A stretch of 61,611 nt of DNA, filler included, from Pirum gemmata (lineage: Eukaryota): NCBI GenBank assembly GCA_002812295.1. It is 21 parts of 21 records of this genome, joined end to end, with 100 filler letters (N's around TTAATTAATTAA, not from the genome) between each part and the next. Parts side by side here need not be neighbours in the genome. Positions count along the whole stretch, not along the records: positions 35,526 to 38,335 come from PDIN01004494.1; positions 38,436 to 41,267 come from PDIN01004495.1; positions 41,368 to 44,175 come from PDIN01004496.1; positions 44,276 to 47,078 come from PDIN01004497.1; positions 47,179 to 49,965 come from PDIN01004498.1; 16 more parts are not named here. One strand, 5' to 3'. Below, in pieces: positions 36,528 through 49,297 of this stretch; position 1 is the first letter of the stretch, and every line of letters starts with the position of its first letter. The notes beneath the pieces were generated by a model, which saw only the letters and a program-made list of their open reading frames with translations, had not been told where the DNA came from and searched no databases. The translations under genes were made by a program, and so were the position numbers.

Positions 36528-37641
36528 TGTGAGAGAGGTTAGGGTTAGGGTTAGGGTTAGGGTTAGGGTTAGGGTTAGGGTTAGTGAACAAACACACCAA
36601 AATATTTTGATTATTATTAAAAGAAATCCTACCACAACAATATAAATTTTGGTATGGCATTAATATTGTAAGTAAAAAACAAATATTTATACTGTTATAA
36701 ATTAGTTTTAGATTCTATATACTATGGTAATTGTAACCAACAAAACTACCTCTACATTATAAGATTATCAGCCTATATTAATACAAACGTATGATGAAAC
36801 AAATCAATAAAATGTATACAAGCTTATAAATAACATGATTGGAAAATCACTATAATAATGATTTACACAAACTACATTATTACATATAATACAATGTCTA
36901 AAAGTTTCTGAAACACAATTTGGAGATATACATTTTTAAATTATTATTATTATTTATTACTGATACAATAAAAATAAAATTAAAGCTGAATAAAAAATAA
37001 TTAGTACTCTATACTATTCAAATAATATATTTTAAAATTGTGATTTATTAATTTGATTAAAAGGAGTGGTTTTTTAAAAAAATTCTTAAGTTATCTTGAT
37101 TATTAATATTAGTATTATTATTATTAAACTACGAATACTAATACTAATACTATGACTATAACTATTATAAACAAACGAAATAGCAATAGCAAAGCAAAAA
37201 GATTTTTTTTTTCTTAGTTAACAATAGATCTAAAATTAAAGTTAAATAAAAAAAAATAAATAAATAGCGTATTTTTTTACTAAATTACTATATACACTAT
37301 GGTTTAAAACATGTAAAACATTTACAACCCTAACTGTTTTAACGCTAATAAAGACTTATGTACCCAATGAAAATACAGGGTTTAAAAAAATACTAATAAG
37401 AGTACGTTCACTCTTCAATAAGAAGGCGCCAGATTGTTTCAAGCTCTTGTGTGAATGTCACATGGCAACGCATACGCGGTGGAGGCCAGTATATGAGCAG
37501 GTGTTTTGATAATACCTATTTCAAAATACTATGATTATTTTGTAAATCATTTTTCTTTTTTTCAAAAAAAAAAAAAAAAAGATTAAAAATAAAAAAAACT
37601 AAATAAATGATAAAAATTAAAACACTATTTCAAATTCTCTT

Positions 37642-38138
37642 TCACTTTTTTTCACCTATTATTTTGGATTTTTTTCGGATTTGTCGTTTCTCATCCACCC
37701 CCGTAAACATACATTTATCAACAGTCGCTATTTTATAGAACAAACCACAACTAAATAGCAATAAAAGACTAGTACCCACAATTGAAAAGTAGTAGGTAAA
37801 AGTGCTAGGAAATAAGTGTTCGGAAACGTAACAACGTTGAAGAACTAATATATGCAAGATTATTCTAGTAGTAACAAATGACAACACGAAAAATACAAGA
37901 TTAACAGTATAAAAGGGGTTATTGAGTTTAGGAAACTCTAATAGTAATGCTAACTTTCGGATATGTAAAAATATGTTGTTGAACTCGCAGAACAAAGCGA
38001 CACACAAAATAGGAGCAAACATCCCACCTTTATAAATTGATATAAAATAACCAGTAAGAACTAAAGAGTGGTGAAAAAATAGAGGAATATTTAACGTTCC
38101 AGTGATAATCAAATCCAGAAAATCGGCCAAAAAATATC
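37642..38138 (-). CDS. TLC (TRAM/LAG1/CLN8) domain membrane protein, terminal exon
   Basis: TACAG acceptor at 38139-38140. GYFLADF, FHH, EFNNIFLHIRK and FVTTRI motifs; multiple TM helices; Lys-rich C-terminus. Confidence 0.88.
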
Positions 38139-38436
38139 CTGTATAGTAAAATTAAAAAGAAAGATTGGAATTAATGATCAAGTAATATTCAGAAGTTTCA
38201 TAACATTTTATCCATTTACTTGTTTATTTATTAATTTACTTTTTATTTATTATTTATTATTTATTTATTTATTATTTATTATTTATTATAATTTATTTAT
38301 TATTTATTATTCATTATTTATTATTTATTATTTATNNNNNNNNNNNNNNNNNNNNNNNNNNNNNNNNNNNNNNNNNNNNTTAATTAATTAANNNNNNNNN
38401 NNNNNNNNNNNNNNNNNNNNNNNNNNNNNNNNNNNG

Positions 38437-38457
38437 GATAATAATAATAATAATACC

Positions 38458-38503
<46 letters not shown>

Positions 38504-38596
38504 GCGATGATAGTATTGGTTTTTCGGATAATAATACAACGGGTTTACTTTCAAACAAAGTAGACCAACCTGATATTAAGGAAAAATTAATAAATG

Positions 38597-38648
<52 letters not shown>

Positions 38649-39627
38649 ACCCTCCAATTGTAAAATAAGTAAAGAAGACTTTGATACAGGTGTAGATGAC
38701 GTCAAGCATGATATAAGTGATGACGAAATTAAAAACGATAGTTTCACTACTACGACTACTACTACCACTACTACCGCTACTACCACTACTTCCACTACTA
38801 GTCTTAGTACTACCGTAAGTAATAGTACAAATATATTAGAAAGGCATAATGTGAAAGCTAATAATGTTAACATAAATAATGTCGATGTTGTCGATGTTGT
38901 TGATGATCATAATAACTTACTGAGTGATAATGAGTTATGTAATAATCTTGACAATCTTCATTTTGATGATTATAGCAATAACCACTATAACCACAACAAC
39001 AATAACCACAACAATAACCACAACAATAACCACAACAATAACCACAATCACAGCAACCACAACAACCACAACAACAACCACAACAATAATAATATGGGTT
39101 GTTATGATCAACCTGCCAACCCTTCTTTTGAGCCATTACTCGAAGCTATTATTTTACTGCAAGGCGAAAAACGAAGGAAACCTGTGTTAATGGGTGATAT
39201 TGGGTCTGTTTTACGTCACAGTTACCAAGGTTTTTTGAAATTAGGCAAATATATTGAAGCAGCTGAAGCTAGAAAGTTGGTTAGAGTAACCCGGTCCGAA
39301 AAGGGAGTGTTAATGGTGTTTTTATTATCTGGTGCTTTAGAGCTTTTACAAAATAGTAGTAATGGTAGTAGTTCGCTCATGTATAAGTTTAAAGATTATA
39401 AGAATAATAACTCTACTACCCTTATTTCTACTGGGAGTAGTACTAATGGTATTATAAGTAGTATGACTAATAACATGAATACGAGCAATAATAATAACGG
39501 GTTAAAAAATAATTATAACAATAATAATTTTTATAACAACTCTGCTATTAATAATAATAATAATAATAGTAATAATACTAGTGGTAACAACAACAATAAT
39601 AATGTGCTTAATACTAGTATTAGTAGC

Positions 39628-39661
<34 letters not shown>

Positions 39662-40545
39662 GAAATTATTATTATTACAATAACAAAAGCTTTGAAAAAG
39701 TCTCTGATACATACAGACCACTTCTTAAAGTAATAGCTGAAAACGGCAGATATATGGTACCGAGTTCCGAGATTGGAGCCTACTTAAAAGGTAAATTCCA
39801 AGGCTTCACAAAGCTTAAAGAGTACCTTCAGGCGGCTGAACAAAACGGGTTAATTAAATTAGTTAATCTTGGGTGTGGTCAATTTTCGGTTCGAATTGTG
39901 GATGAGTTCGAGCCTTTAAGATGTGTAATTTTAAATTTTATGCGTCAAGGAATTAACCCTGTACCTTTGTTTAGAATCAAAAAGGAACTAAAAGGCAACC
40001 ATGGTAAGTTTAATACCTTTTCTGAATACGTAAAAGAAGCCCTTAAGCGAGGGTTAATTATGATTATTGATAGTGAAAGTTCTAGTGTATATCCTACTAA
40101 TATATGGGTTCGTGATATACCTAATAACGATGACAATAACAATAACAATAACAATAATAATAACAACAATAATAATAGTAATAATAATAGTAATAATAAT
40201 AGTCATATTGGTAAGGATTTAGAAAAAACGTCTAGTACTTTGTCAGTATTGGGTATGAGTAATGAAGATACTTCAGCTCCGTTTTCTACAGATTATGATT
40301 ATGCAAGTAAGTTTTTGTATAGTCGATCAGCGGGTGAGAGTACAGTTAACAGCGATAACGAAAACGACAAAAAGGAAAAACGAGGCCTTAGAATTAGTAA
40401 TTCTTTTGTAGATAAAACAGATGAAATAGATAGTATTATGGGGAGTTATAATAATAATAATAAGAATAATAATAATAATAATAATAATCAAGCATTCATC
40501 TATAGCGAAATATCAAAAACAATCAAATTAAATACACACCTCTAA
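38437..40545 (+). CDS. Protein with three OST-HTH/LOTUS-like winged-helix repeats (5' truncated)
   Basis: Frame is open from the contig start. Repeats (F/Y)xPL..I...PV...IG..L...QGF.KL.EY..AAE..GL(I/V) at ~39127, ~39712 and ~39907, separated by poly-Asn. Confidence 0.8.
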
Positions 40546-40665
40546 GTCTTAAAAAACTAACCAAGTGCAGTATGCTTTTACGCTGTATGTTGTAGTTTAC
40601 TATAAAGCGATCATCAGCAAGTTGCTGACCAGCAAATATTAGTCGTTGTTGGTCCGGAGGAATCC
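40523..40665 (-). CDS. Divergent ubiquitin-like exon (residues 35-76 equivalent); may be a pseudogene
   Basis: After a TATAG acceptor it reads [47 protein letters not shown], 31 of 42 identical to ubiquitin by manual alignment. Absent from the ORF track. Confidence 0.85.
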
Positions 40666-41368
40666 CTATATAACATTATGTTTATTATAATTAAAATTCT
40701 TATTATTATTATTAAATTCTTAATTAATATTGTTATTATTATTATTATTATTATTAATATTATTATGTATTATTATTATCAAAAACGTTCTTGTTGTTGT
40801 TCAAGGAAAAGTAGTATAAGTTGTAATGTAGCATTAGATATGGTAGTTCTATAGTAATAGTAGTATTGGTATAGTATGAAGTTATTAGTAGTATTAATAA
40901 TGTATGCTATTGTTTTAAATTTTACTTTGCGTTTTTAATACCATTACTATTAATTATTACTATATTACTAATACTATTATTACTAATACTATTACTATTA
41001 CTATCATTATTACTATTACTATCATTATTACTATTACTATATACTATTAATATTATTATTTATTATTATTCATTATTATTTATTATTATTCACTATTATT
41101 ATTATTTACTATTATTATTTATTATTTATTATTATTTATTATTATTATTTATTATTTATTATTTATCATTATTTATTACTATTTATCACTATTTATTATT
41201 ATTTATTAATATTTATTAATATTTGTTAATATTTGTTAATATTTGTTAATATTTTTTAATATTTGTTNNNNNNNNNNNNNNNNNNNNNNNNNNNNNNNNN
41301 NNNNNNNNNNNTTAATTAATTAANNNNNNNNNNNNNNNNNNNNNNNNNNNNNNNNNNNNNNNNNNNNT

Positions 41369-41737
41369 AATAATAATAATAATAATAATATTTCCGATAA
41401 TACTGATAAAAAACAACTGGTTCATGTGAAAGGTAAGATTAATAAAAACGTTTCACAAAAAGATCAAGATTTTTTTGATTTTGTTGTAAATCGACCACAC
41501 AAGTTTTTGGCTCAAAATGATGGCTCTCTTGCTTATTCTAGTTGGGGCAAAGAAGATCTTTGGGAATCGAAAAGCAGTGATTGTGTGAAGATTGACGTTG
41601 ACAAACTAACTATAAATATTTTTAACGAATTTTTAGACACAGGGAATATTAGTTTTAATCCCAATGACGTCATTGTGTTTGTACAACCAGAATACACAAT
41701 TGTGGATCATCACAACTTTATACTTTCAAAAAAATAG
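41369..41737 (+). CDS. Hypothetical protein fragment
   Basis: Complex ~120-codon frame at the contig start; possible frameshift continuation at the A-run near 41730; no family recognised. Confidence 0.4.
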   Translation, partial: NNNNNNNISDNTDKKQLVHVKGKINKNVSQKDQDFFDFVVNRPHKFLAQNDGSLAYSSWGKEDLWESKSSDCVKIDVDKLTINIFNEFLDTGNISFNPNDVIVFVQPEYTIVDHHNFILSKK

Positions 41738-41932
41738 AGCACAAACAAGTTTATGAGAATTGTTGGAAAGACATTGCTTCCCATCTGTGGCACAGTTTTT
41801 GTTTTTTGGCATTTGTGATGTGCAATCTTTGTATACCTAACCGTCACCATGTGTTCCAATAGGACATTTTCCACATTGGTGGGGGTTAGGTTTAGGTTTA
41901 GGTTTAGGGTAAACCTACTATATGGTGATGTA

Positions 41933-41973
<41 letters not shown>

Positions 41974-42238
41974 CAACAATATTAATAATAATAATAATAA
42001 TAATAAAAATAATATTTTTGCTAGTACGACTAAGAATACTAACACTAATAAAAATAAAAATATTAATACTAATAATAACAATAACCTAACTAAAAACAAT
42101 TTTACTTCTAAAAATAACAATATTAGAAAAAATAATCCTACTAATAACAATAATTATACTAACCACACGTCTACTAATAATAATGATACAAACAATAATA
42201 GTAATAATAAAAATAAGACTAATAATACTAATGCGCAA

Positions 42239-42706
42239 GAAGTAAGAGAAATTATCAAACTCTTAGAAAAAAAAGGTCGTAGCTCACCTGACCAGGACGG
42301 TATAACTTACAAAACACTACAGCTCTTGAGTAATAATATGATTGATCACTTAGTAACCATATACAATTACTCCTTATCAAAAGGGTATGTTTCTCAACAA
42401 TTCCAAGCCAAATAAGAATCACCGTCAACCTTCAAACTACAGACCTATTAGCCTTTTCAACACGCTATTGAAAATACTAGAAAAAATAACTCAAATAAGA
42501 TTGCTAAAACACCTAAACGACAACAAAATAATCAGCGACAATCAATCTGTATTCCTAGAAAAAAGACAAACAAGAGACATTTTATTTCAAATAATACAAG
42601 AAGGGGAATATACTATTAACCAAAAATCAAAAATCAAACAACAACAACGTTTTTCCTGGTCATGCTATATGATATCGAAAAGGCATTTGACAAAATATGG
42701 CATGCA
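42239..42706 (+). mobile_element. Non-LTR (LINE, Jockey-like) reverse transcriptase relic, frameshifted
   Basis: SPDQDGI, YRPISLFNTLLKILEK, NQSVF and DIEKAFDKIWH motifs split over frames; truncated before the YADD motif. Confidence 0.92.
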
Positions 42707-42839
42707 TATATAATATATATATATAGATAATATAATATATTGATATGCAAAAATATCAATTAATCAAAGACTTTCTAAACAATTCTTATATATGGTTTAC
42801 TTGATTTATTTGCAACTCAAATAAACAAAGAGTTTCCAT

Positions 42840-44096
42840 TTAAAACCAGTTCTTGTGGTTTACTTTTAGGTATTCCTTTATAAGGCTATCGCCATGATTT
42901 ATTTGCATTTCCAGTAAACAAAGAGAACCTCGATTGTGCGCATACCTAGGTTTCCCAGCAGCATGTTCCACAACCACGTTCTTTATTTGTTTGGTGTAAC
43001 GATCGCAATAGATATGTGATATCCAATCATCCATATACCAATCAGAAAACACAACTGGGTAATAAGTCGAATCCCGAAAAATCTTAAAATGAGTTCGATG
43101 AGTAAAGTCATGAGTTAGTATTCTCATATTATTCATTTTGGTACCTTCGTGTGTAGGACCCACGACACCAAAATTTGGCGGATCTCGCTCAGTTAAAGTG
43201 CTGACAAATTCCAATGCCCATTTTGAGCGAGGGATGGTGTCGTCATTTGTTCTATAAAAATAGTCAGAACCATCCTCATAGGCGGAATGTAGAGCAAAAT
43301 TAAATGCTGGACCGGGCTTTTTAGGTTTATTGTGAAAGTTTAACATATTCAACTGCATAATGACGTTTGCTTTACGCTTAGCTGGAACGGCTATGTGCTT
43401 GTTAAACCATTGATAAATACTAGCTAAATTAGCTTTATTGTCTAAAATAGGGTCACCTATATCGTATGAAATCACAAACCAATATTCAAAACCATTTTCC
43501 AAATATTTCAAGTAACCAGGTAAGGTTCTACTAAATAAAACGAAACGTTTGGAATTAAATATGTTTTTTATATTAAGCGACAAACCTCTGGTCGTTAGCC
43601 CCATGCAAATAGATATGACTGGAAGTTCAGTTTGTTTTGTTAAAATTAAAGATTTTGGTCTGTTTGCAACAAATATTTCAATTCCTTTTTTAGTGTAATC
43701 AGATAATTTCTCACTTTTAATCCACTCAGTTACCAATTTTTTGGCAGAAACACTAGACAATTTCATGTCTTTTGGTTCAATTATTTTTTTTTGAAAGCAC
43801 TCATGCAACCAATCAAAACGCTCTTTCATAGCTAAATTAAGCTTAAAATGTTTTCGAATATAATTAACATCTTTCACAGAAAAAAATTCTTCCCCACTCA
43901 CTGCCCCGGGCGATATTGATGTCAGATCCTTGGATTTAAAATTTTGGCGTACCAAATAATCCAATCTACCCCAACGTACAGTTATACCTACAGGTGTGAC
44001 TGTAAATTTAATTTGAGTGCTAACCAAAATTAACACAACAGCAACGAGGCAAAGAGCCCAGGCTCTCTTTTTGTAAACTATTTTAACTTTTATCAT
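42840..44096 (-). CDS. Type II membrane glycosyltransferase (GT-A fold)
   Basis: Short basic N-tail plus TM anchor; YDIGD, DYFYRTNDD (DxD-like), GVVGP, ILTHDFTHRTH and WYMDDWI motifs; complete and intronless. Confidence 0.85.
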   Translation of the reverse strand: MIKVKIVYKKRAWALCLVAVVLILVSTQIKFTVTPVGITVRWGRLDYLVRQNFKSKDLTSISPGAVSGEEFFSVKDVNYIRKHFKLNLAMKERFDWLHECFQKKIIEPKDMKLSSVSAKKLVTEWIKSEKLSDYTKKGIEIFVANRPKSLILTKQTELPVISICMGLTTRGLSLNIKNIFNSKRFVLFSRTLPGYLKYLENGFEYWFVISYDIGDPILDNKANLASIYQWFNKHIAVPAKRKANVIMQLNMLNFHNKPKKPGPAFNFALHSAYEDGSDYFYRTNDDTIPRSKWALEFVSTLTERDPPNFGVVGPTHEGTKMNNMRILTHDFTHRTHFKIFRDSTYYPVVFSDWYMDDWISHIYCDRYTKQIKNVVVEHAAGKPRYAHNRGSLCLLEMQINHGDSLIKEYLKVNHKNWF

Positions 44097-44704
44097 AAAA
44101 AATAATAAATAAGAATAAATAAGAATAAGAATAAATAAGAATAAACAAGAATAAAAAAAATAAAATAAAAAATAANNNNNNNNNNNNNNNNNNNNNNNNN
44201 NNNNNNNNNNNNNNNNNNNTTAATTAATTAANNNNNNNNNNNNNNNNNNNNNNNNNNNNNNNNNNNNNNNNNNNNTTAGGGTTAGGGTTAGGGTTAGGGT
44301 TACGGTTACGGTTTCGGTTACGGTTACGGTTACGGTTAGGGGCTAGTCTACAGTTAGGATTAGGATTGTGATTGGCATTTTCCTAGCCCCTAATGATTTA
44401 AAATAATGTATAACAGTATTATTAATAATGCTTTTGTTTTTTTATAAAAAAAAATAAAAAAAATTAAAAAACTAAAATAAAAAATAGAAAAAAAAACTGA
44501 AAAGAATTGACACTACAATAATATAATAATTATTGGTCAAAGACTCCATTTCTTTTTCCTGGAGCCTTTGAATTCATAAGACTTGATCGTGAGACTCGAA
44601 AAAAAAAAAATGAACATCATTTCAAAGTTGTCACTATTTAATAATTAAGATCGAGTTGTTTGATTCGATTATGTTTTCCCGCATCTCTTGCACCTTACCT
44701 TCTG

Positions 44705-45990
44705 GAACCCTAACCCTAACTGGTACGAAAGCACCAAATTTTAAATTATAACATTTCAAACCCTAACCCTTATCTTAACCTTAAACTTAACCTTAACCTT
44801 AACCCTATCCCATAATTATAACCCTTGCCTTATATTAATAACCTTAATAATTTACCTTGTAACTATAATTGTAGCCCTCATTATTTCTAACCCCCAACCC
44901 TGTATTAATACCTAACCTAACCTTAACATCTTAACACACTCTTAACCCTAGGTCTAGCCCTAGCTAGTATGTTAAATTAGCGCAAAATTATAAACCTTAA
45001 CCTTAACCCTAACCTTAACCCTAACCTTAACCCTAACCTTAACCCTAACCTTAACCTAACCTTAACCCTAACCTTGACCCAAACCTTAACCCTAACGCTA
45101 ACGCTAACCCTGGCACTTTAAATATAAATTATAACGCTGACCAAGGCCTTTAATTATAACCTCAGCCTTATAATTACAATTATATCCCTAATTATTAACC
45201 CTGTAGCTAACCCTGACCCTAACCCTAACCTTAACTCTAACCGTAATTCCAACCCTAACCCTAACCCTATTGCTAACCCTAATTATAACCCTATAGCTAG
45301 CTACCTAACTAATTATAACCCGAACCCTAACCTTAACCCTAAACCCTAAACCCTAACCCTAACCCTAACCCTAACCCTAACCCTAACCCTAACCCCTAAT
45401 TATAACCTTTTAACCCTAATTTAATTATAATAATAATAATTATAACCCCTAACCCTAACCCTAATATATAGCTAGCTACCTAACTAACCCTAACACTACC
45501 CCTAACCCTAACCCTAACCCTAAACCCTACCCCTAACCCTGACTCTAACCCTAAACCCTAACCCCTGATTATAACCTTGATCCTAATTTAATTATAATAA
45601 TAATTATAACCCCAACATCCCTAACCCTTATAATTATACAATATTATGATTAGTTATAATGTTATTTATAAATTCGAAAAAGTGTCATTTTATTTTATAG
45701 CTAACCCTAACCCTCTTAACCCTAACCCTAACCATAACCTTATACCTAACGCTAACCCTAATCCTAAACCCTAACCCTGAACCCTAACCCTAAACTCTAA
45801 CCCTAAACCCCTAATTATAACCTTAAAACCCTAATCCCTAACCCCTAATTATAGCCTTTTAAAACCCTAATTTAATTATAATAATTATTATAACCCCAAC
45901 ACCTAACCCTAACCCTAACCCTAACCTTATAATTATACAATATTAATTTTAATGTTAATTAAGTTCGAAAAAGAGTCATTTTATTTTATT
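44705..45990 (-). repeat. Degenerate (CCCTAA)n array with higher-order repeats
   Basis: CCCTAA/CCTTAA units. The block ccctaatttaattataataataattataacccc occurs 3 times and ttcgaaaaag.gtcattttattttat twice. Confidence 0.9.
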
Positions 45991-46072
45991 CATAAATTAC
46001 TGTAATCTTGTAAATGACTTTGATATTCAAGTAAATGAAAAGTAAGAGAACCAAAGTCTTGTTCTGATTGAA

Positions 46073-46165
46073 ATATATATAGCAAAAAAATGGTTATTTT
46101 CGCCATTCTAATAAATAATTACCTTTTTTGAATGGCGAAAATAACCATTTTTTTGCTATATATAT
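46073..46165. repeat. Perfect 36-bp inverted repeat with 21-nt spacer
   Basis: atatatatagcaaaaaaatggttattttcgccattc / gaatggcgaaaataaccatttttttgctatatatat. Confidence 0.9.
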
Positions 46166-46691
46166 ATATTATATATATCGTGTTTTTCAATAGTGTTGTC
46201 CAGTTCAAAAACTGACATAAGCTTACCAAATTATAATTAATTGGTCATGTTTTAATTAATTTGATATTTTATATAGTAATAAAAAGTTCAATTATACAAT
46301 TAAACGGTACCAAATTAAAGATAGAAAGGACAACTGTAATGAAATAAACAATATATTATATGGAACCAGATTTGGGTCTTTCGGAACTTTATAAAGCTCA
46401 ATTTATACTCTGGGTATTTTAAATCTCATTCTAGAAAATACAAGAAAACATAATCGAATCAAACAGCTCGATCCTATTTTTTTTTTCGAGTTTCAAGTTT
46501 TTTCTATGAAATTTCTAAGAACTTTTATTAAGAATTTTTTAATATCAAAAGTGAGCCAATACTTAAAATAAGATCGAACTATTTTGAAAGTTTCGAACTA
46601 GTAACTAGTCTCGCTTCGATGGGTTTTCCTGCATCTACCTGCCCAACCTTTTTAATGGGGTAGGATTTTTGAAAAAATAAAAGAATATTAA

Positions 46692-47007
46692 TGGGTTAGG
46701 TTTAGGGTTAGGATTAGGGTTAGGGTTAGAGTTAGGGTTAGGGTTAGGGTTAGGGTAGGGTTAGGGGAAAGGTTAATGTCAAGGTTAAGGTTAAGGTTAG
46801 AGTTAGGGTTAGGGTTAGGGCTAAAGTTAGGGTTGGGGTTAGCGTTAGCGTTAGCGTTAGCGTTAGGGTTAGGGTTAGGGTTAGGGTTAGGGGTTAGGGT
46901 TAGGGTTAGTAGGGTTAGTAGGGTTAGGGTTAGGGTTAGGGTTAGGGTTAGGGTTAGGGTTAGGGTTAGGGTTAGAGTTAGGGTTAGGGTTAGGGTTAGG
47001 GTTAGGG
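46692..47007 (+). repeat. (TTAGGG)n array with TTAGCG/TTAAGG variants
   Basis: Direct reading. Confidence 0.92.
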
Positions 47008-47444
47008 GTGATGGTGGGGGTGATGGGGTGATGGGGTGATCGTGGTGGGGATAATGGTACAAATGTGGATTAATTCATNNNNNNNNNNNNNNNNNNNNNN
47101 NNNNNNNNNNNNNNNNNNNNNNTTAATTAATTAANNNNNNNNNNNNNNNNNNNNNNNNNNNNNNNNNNNNNNNNNNNNATAATAATAATAATAATAAAGT
47201 TATAATGACAAAAGGGAAATTAATAAATAATAGTAATAGCAATAATACCAATAATAATAATAATATAATAATAATACAATAATAGTAACAATAATAATAA
47301 TAAAATTGATAAAATAATATTGAAAAACATTTCATGGGTATGTATTTACAATGACATTATTTTATATTAGTATATACTATTAACAGAATAATTAATAATA
47401 ATAATAATAAGAAAGAATAATTAAAATATATAAATAACAATATA

Positions 47445-49244
47445 ATGACAGCAACTACAATTTTACACAATCCTAGTTATTTAGGTAAAATAATTTATCA
47501 AAATGATTATCTCCGCAGTTCTATATTAAAATGTAGTTGGTCTTTAGAACAAGTTAATAATTGCGGTGATAAAGCTTTGTGGGTTCTGGAAAACCGTAGA
47601 GATATACAATGGGATAAAATACATATACCTGCTGAACAAATAAGTAACCTGGCTAGAAATGGAGACCTTGAGTTAATAAAATTTTATACCTGCCAAAATG
47701 TAAAAAGTAAGTTATTTAATTTGTATACGTATAAACAATAAATTCCAAAAGAATTTTTATTTATCATGATAGCACTAAGTAACAATAGAAATTTCAATAG
47801 TAATAGTAATCGTAATCGTAATATAAACTGTAATAGTATTAATATCTGTATTAGTATTAGCATTAGTATTAGCATTAGTATTAATAATAGTAATAGAAAA
47901 GTAATAGAAACATTATTAGTGTTAGTATTAAAAATAGTAATAGTAAAACTATTACCATATTATTAGTGTTCGTATTAAAAATAGTAATAGTAATACTATT
48001 ACCATTACTATTAATAGAAATAGTAATATTAATTGTAATAGTAATATTACTAGTAATAGTATTGGCAATATTAATAGTAATGGTAATAGTAATAGTAATA
48101 GTAATAGTATTAGTACTTGTTATAATTATAGGTATAGACGTAATAGTAACTGTAATCAAAGCGACAAAGCCATAATTATATAATTAGAAGTCATTATATA
48201 ATATAATAGTGGTATACTTATAATGTGGCAATAACCAAAATTTAATAGTAAAAAATAATCGATGGGTAATAATAACTATTTAATTAATATTTATTCTAAC
48301 TTTTTATCTTATTTTATTAATAAAAGGTGGTTTTTCAGAATTGACAATGGACATAGCCTCACAAGTAGGAAACTTGGAAATAGTGAAATATTTACACTTT
48401 AATCGAAAAGAAGGCTGTACGATTAACGCCATTGATTTTGCAGCAGAGGCAGGTCATTTAGAAGTCGTAATGTTTTTAAGTGAAAACCGCAACGAAGGTT
48501 GCTCAGAATTTGCTATGACCTGGGCTGCGCATAATGGACACACAGATGTTGTAAAATATTTGCACGAAAATCGTAACGAAGGTTGTGTAGAAATGGCTTT
48601 GAATTATGCCGTCAATAATGGAAAATTACATGTATTGAATTTTGATTGTGTGGCTGCAATGAACTGGTCAGCCAGCAACAGTGATTTAAAAGTTTTGAAA
48701 TTCTTATTCAAAGAAACTGAGCTACTGTCCCTGATTAAAGAAAAAGAGGATATTTTGTTAGATATTACGGTAAAAGATTTGAAAAATTTATTAGATGCTT
48801 TAGGATTAGAAAAATCGGGGCAAAAGCATGCTTTGATCAAAAGAATAACTGAATTTGCAATATACGGTCACAATAAACCACAAAATGAAAGTGTTAAAAG
48901 GAGGAATATGTATTTCATGGAGCAACAATACCAATATCATTATTATGGTCAAAGTAATGGTAGTCATAAAGTAATAAAACAAAGTTACCATGAACAAGAG
49001 CAGCAGCGCCAACAAGAACAACAAGAACAACAAGAACAACAAGAACAACAAGAACAACAAGAACAACAAGAACAACAAGAACAACAAGAACAACAGGATT
49101 ACCAACAGCTACAGCTACAACAACAACAACAACAGCAACAACAACAACAACAAAGTAATTATCAATACCAATACTATCAACAACAACGAGAACAACAAGA
49201 GTTTGAAAGGCTAAGAGAACAAAGAAACCGTAAACGCCGGGTAG

Positions 49245-49297
<53 letters not shown>

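Noticed and set aside
44276..44340. True chromosome end
   Set aside because: The G-rich strand points into the contig and similar tracts are interstitial throughout; cannot be called a telomere
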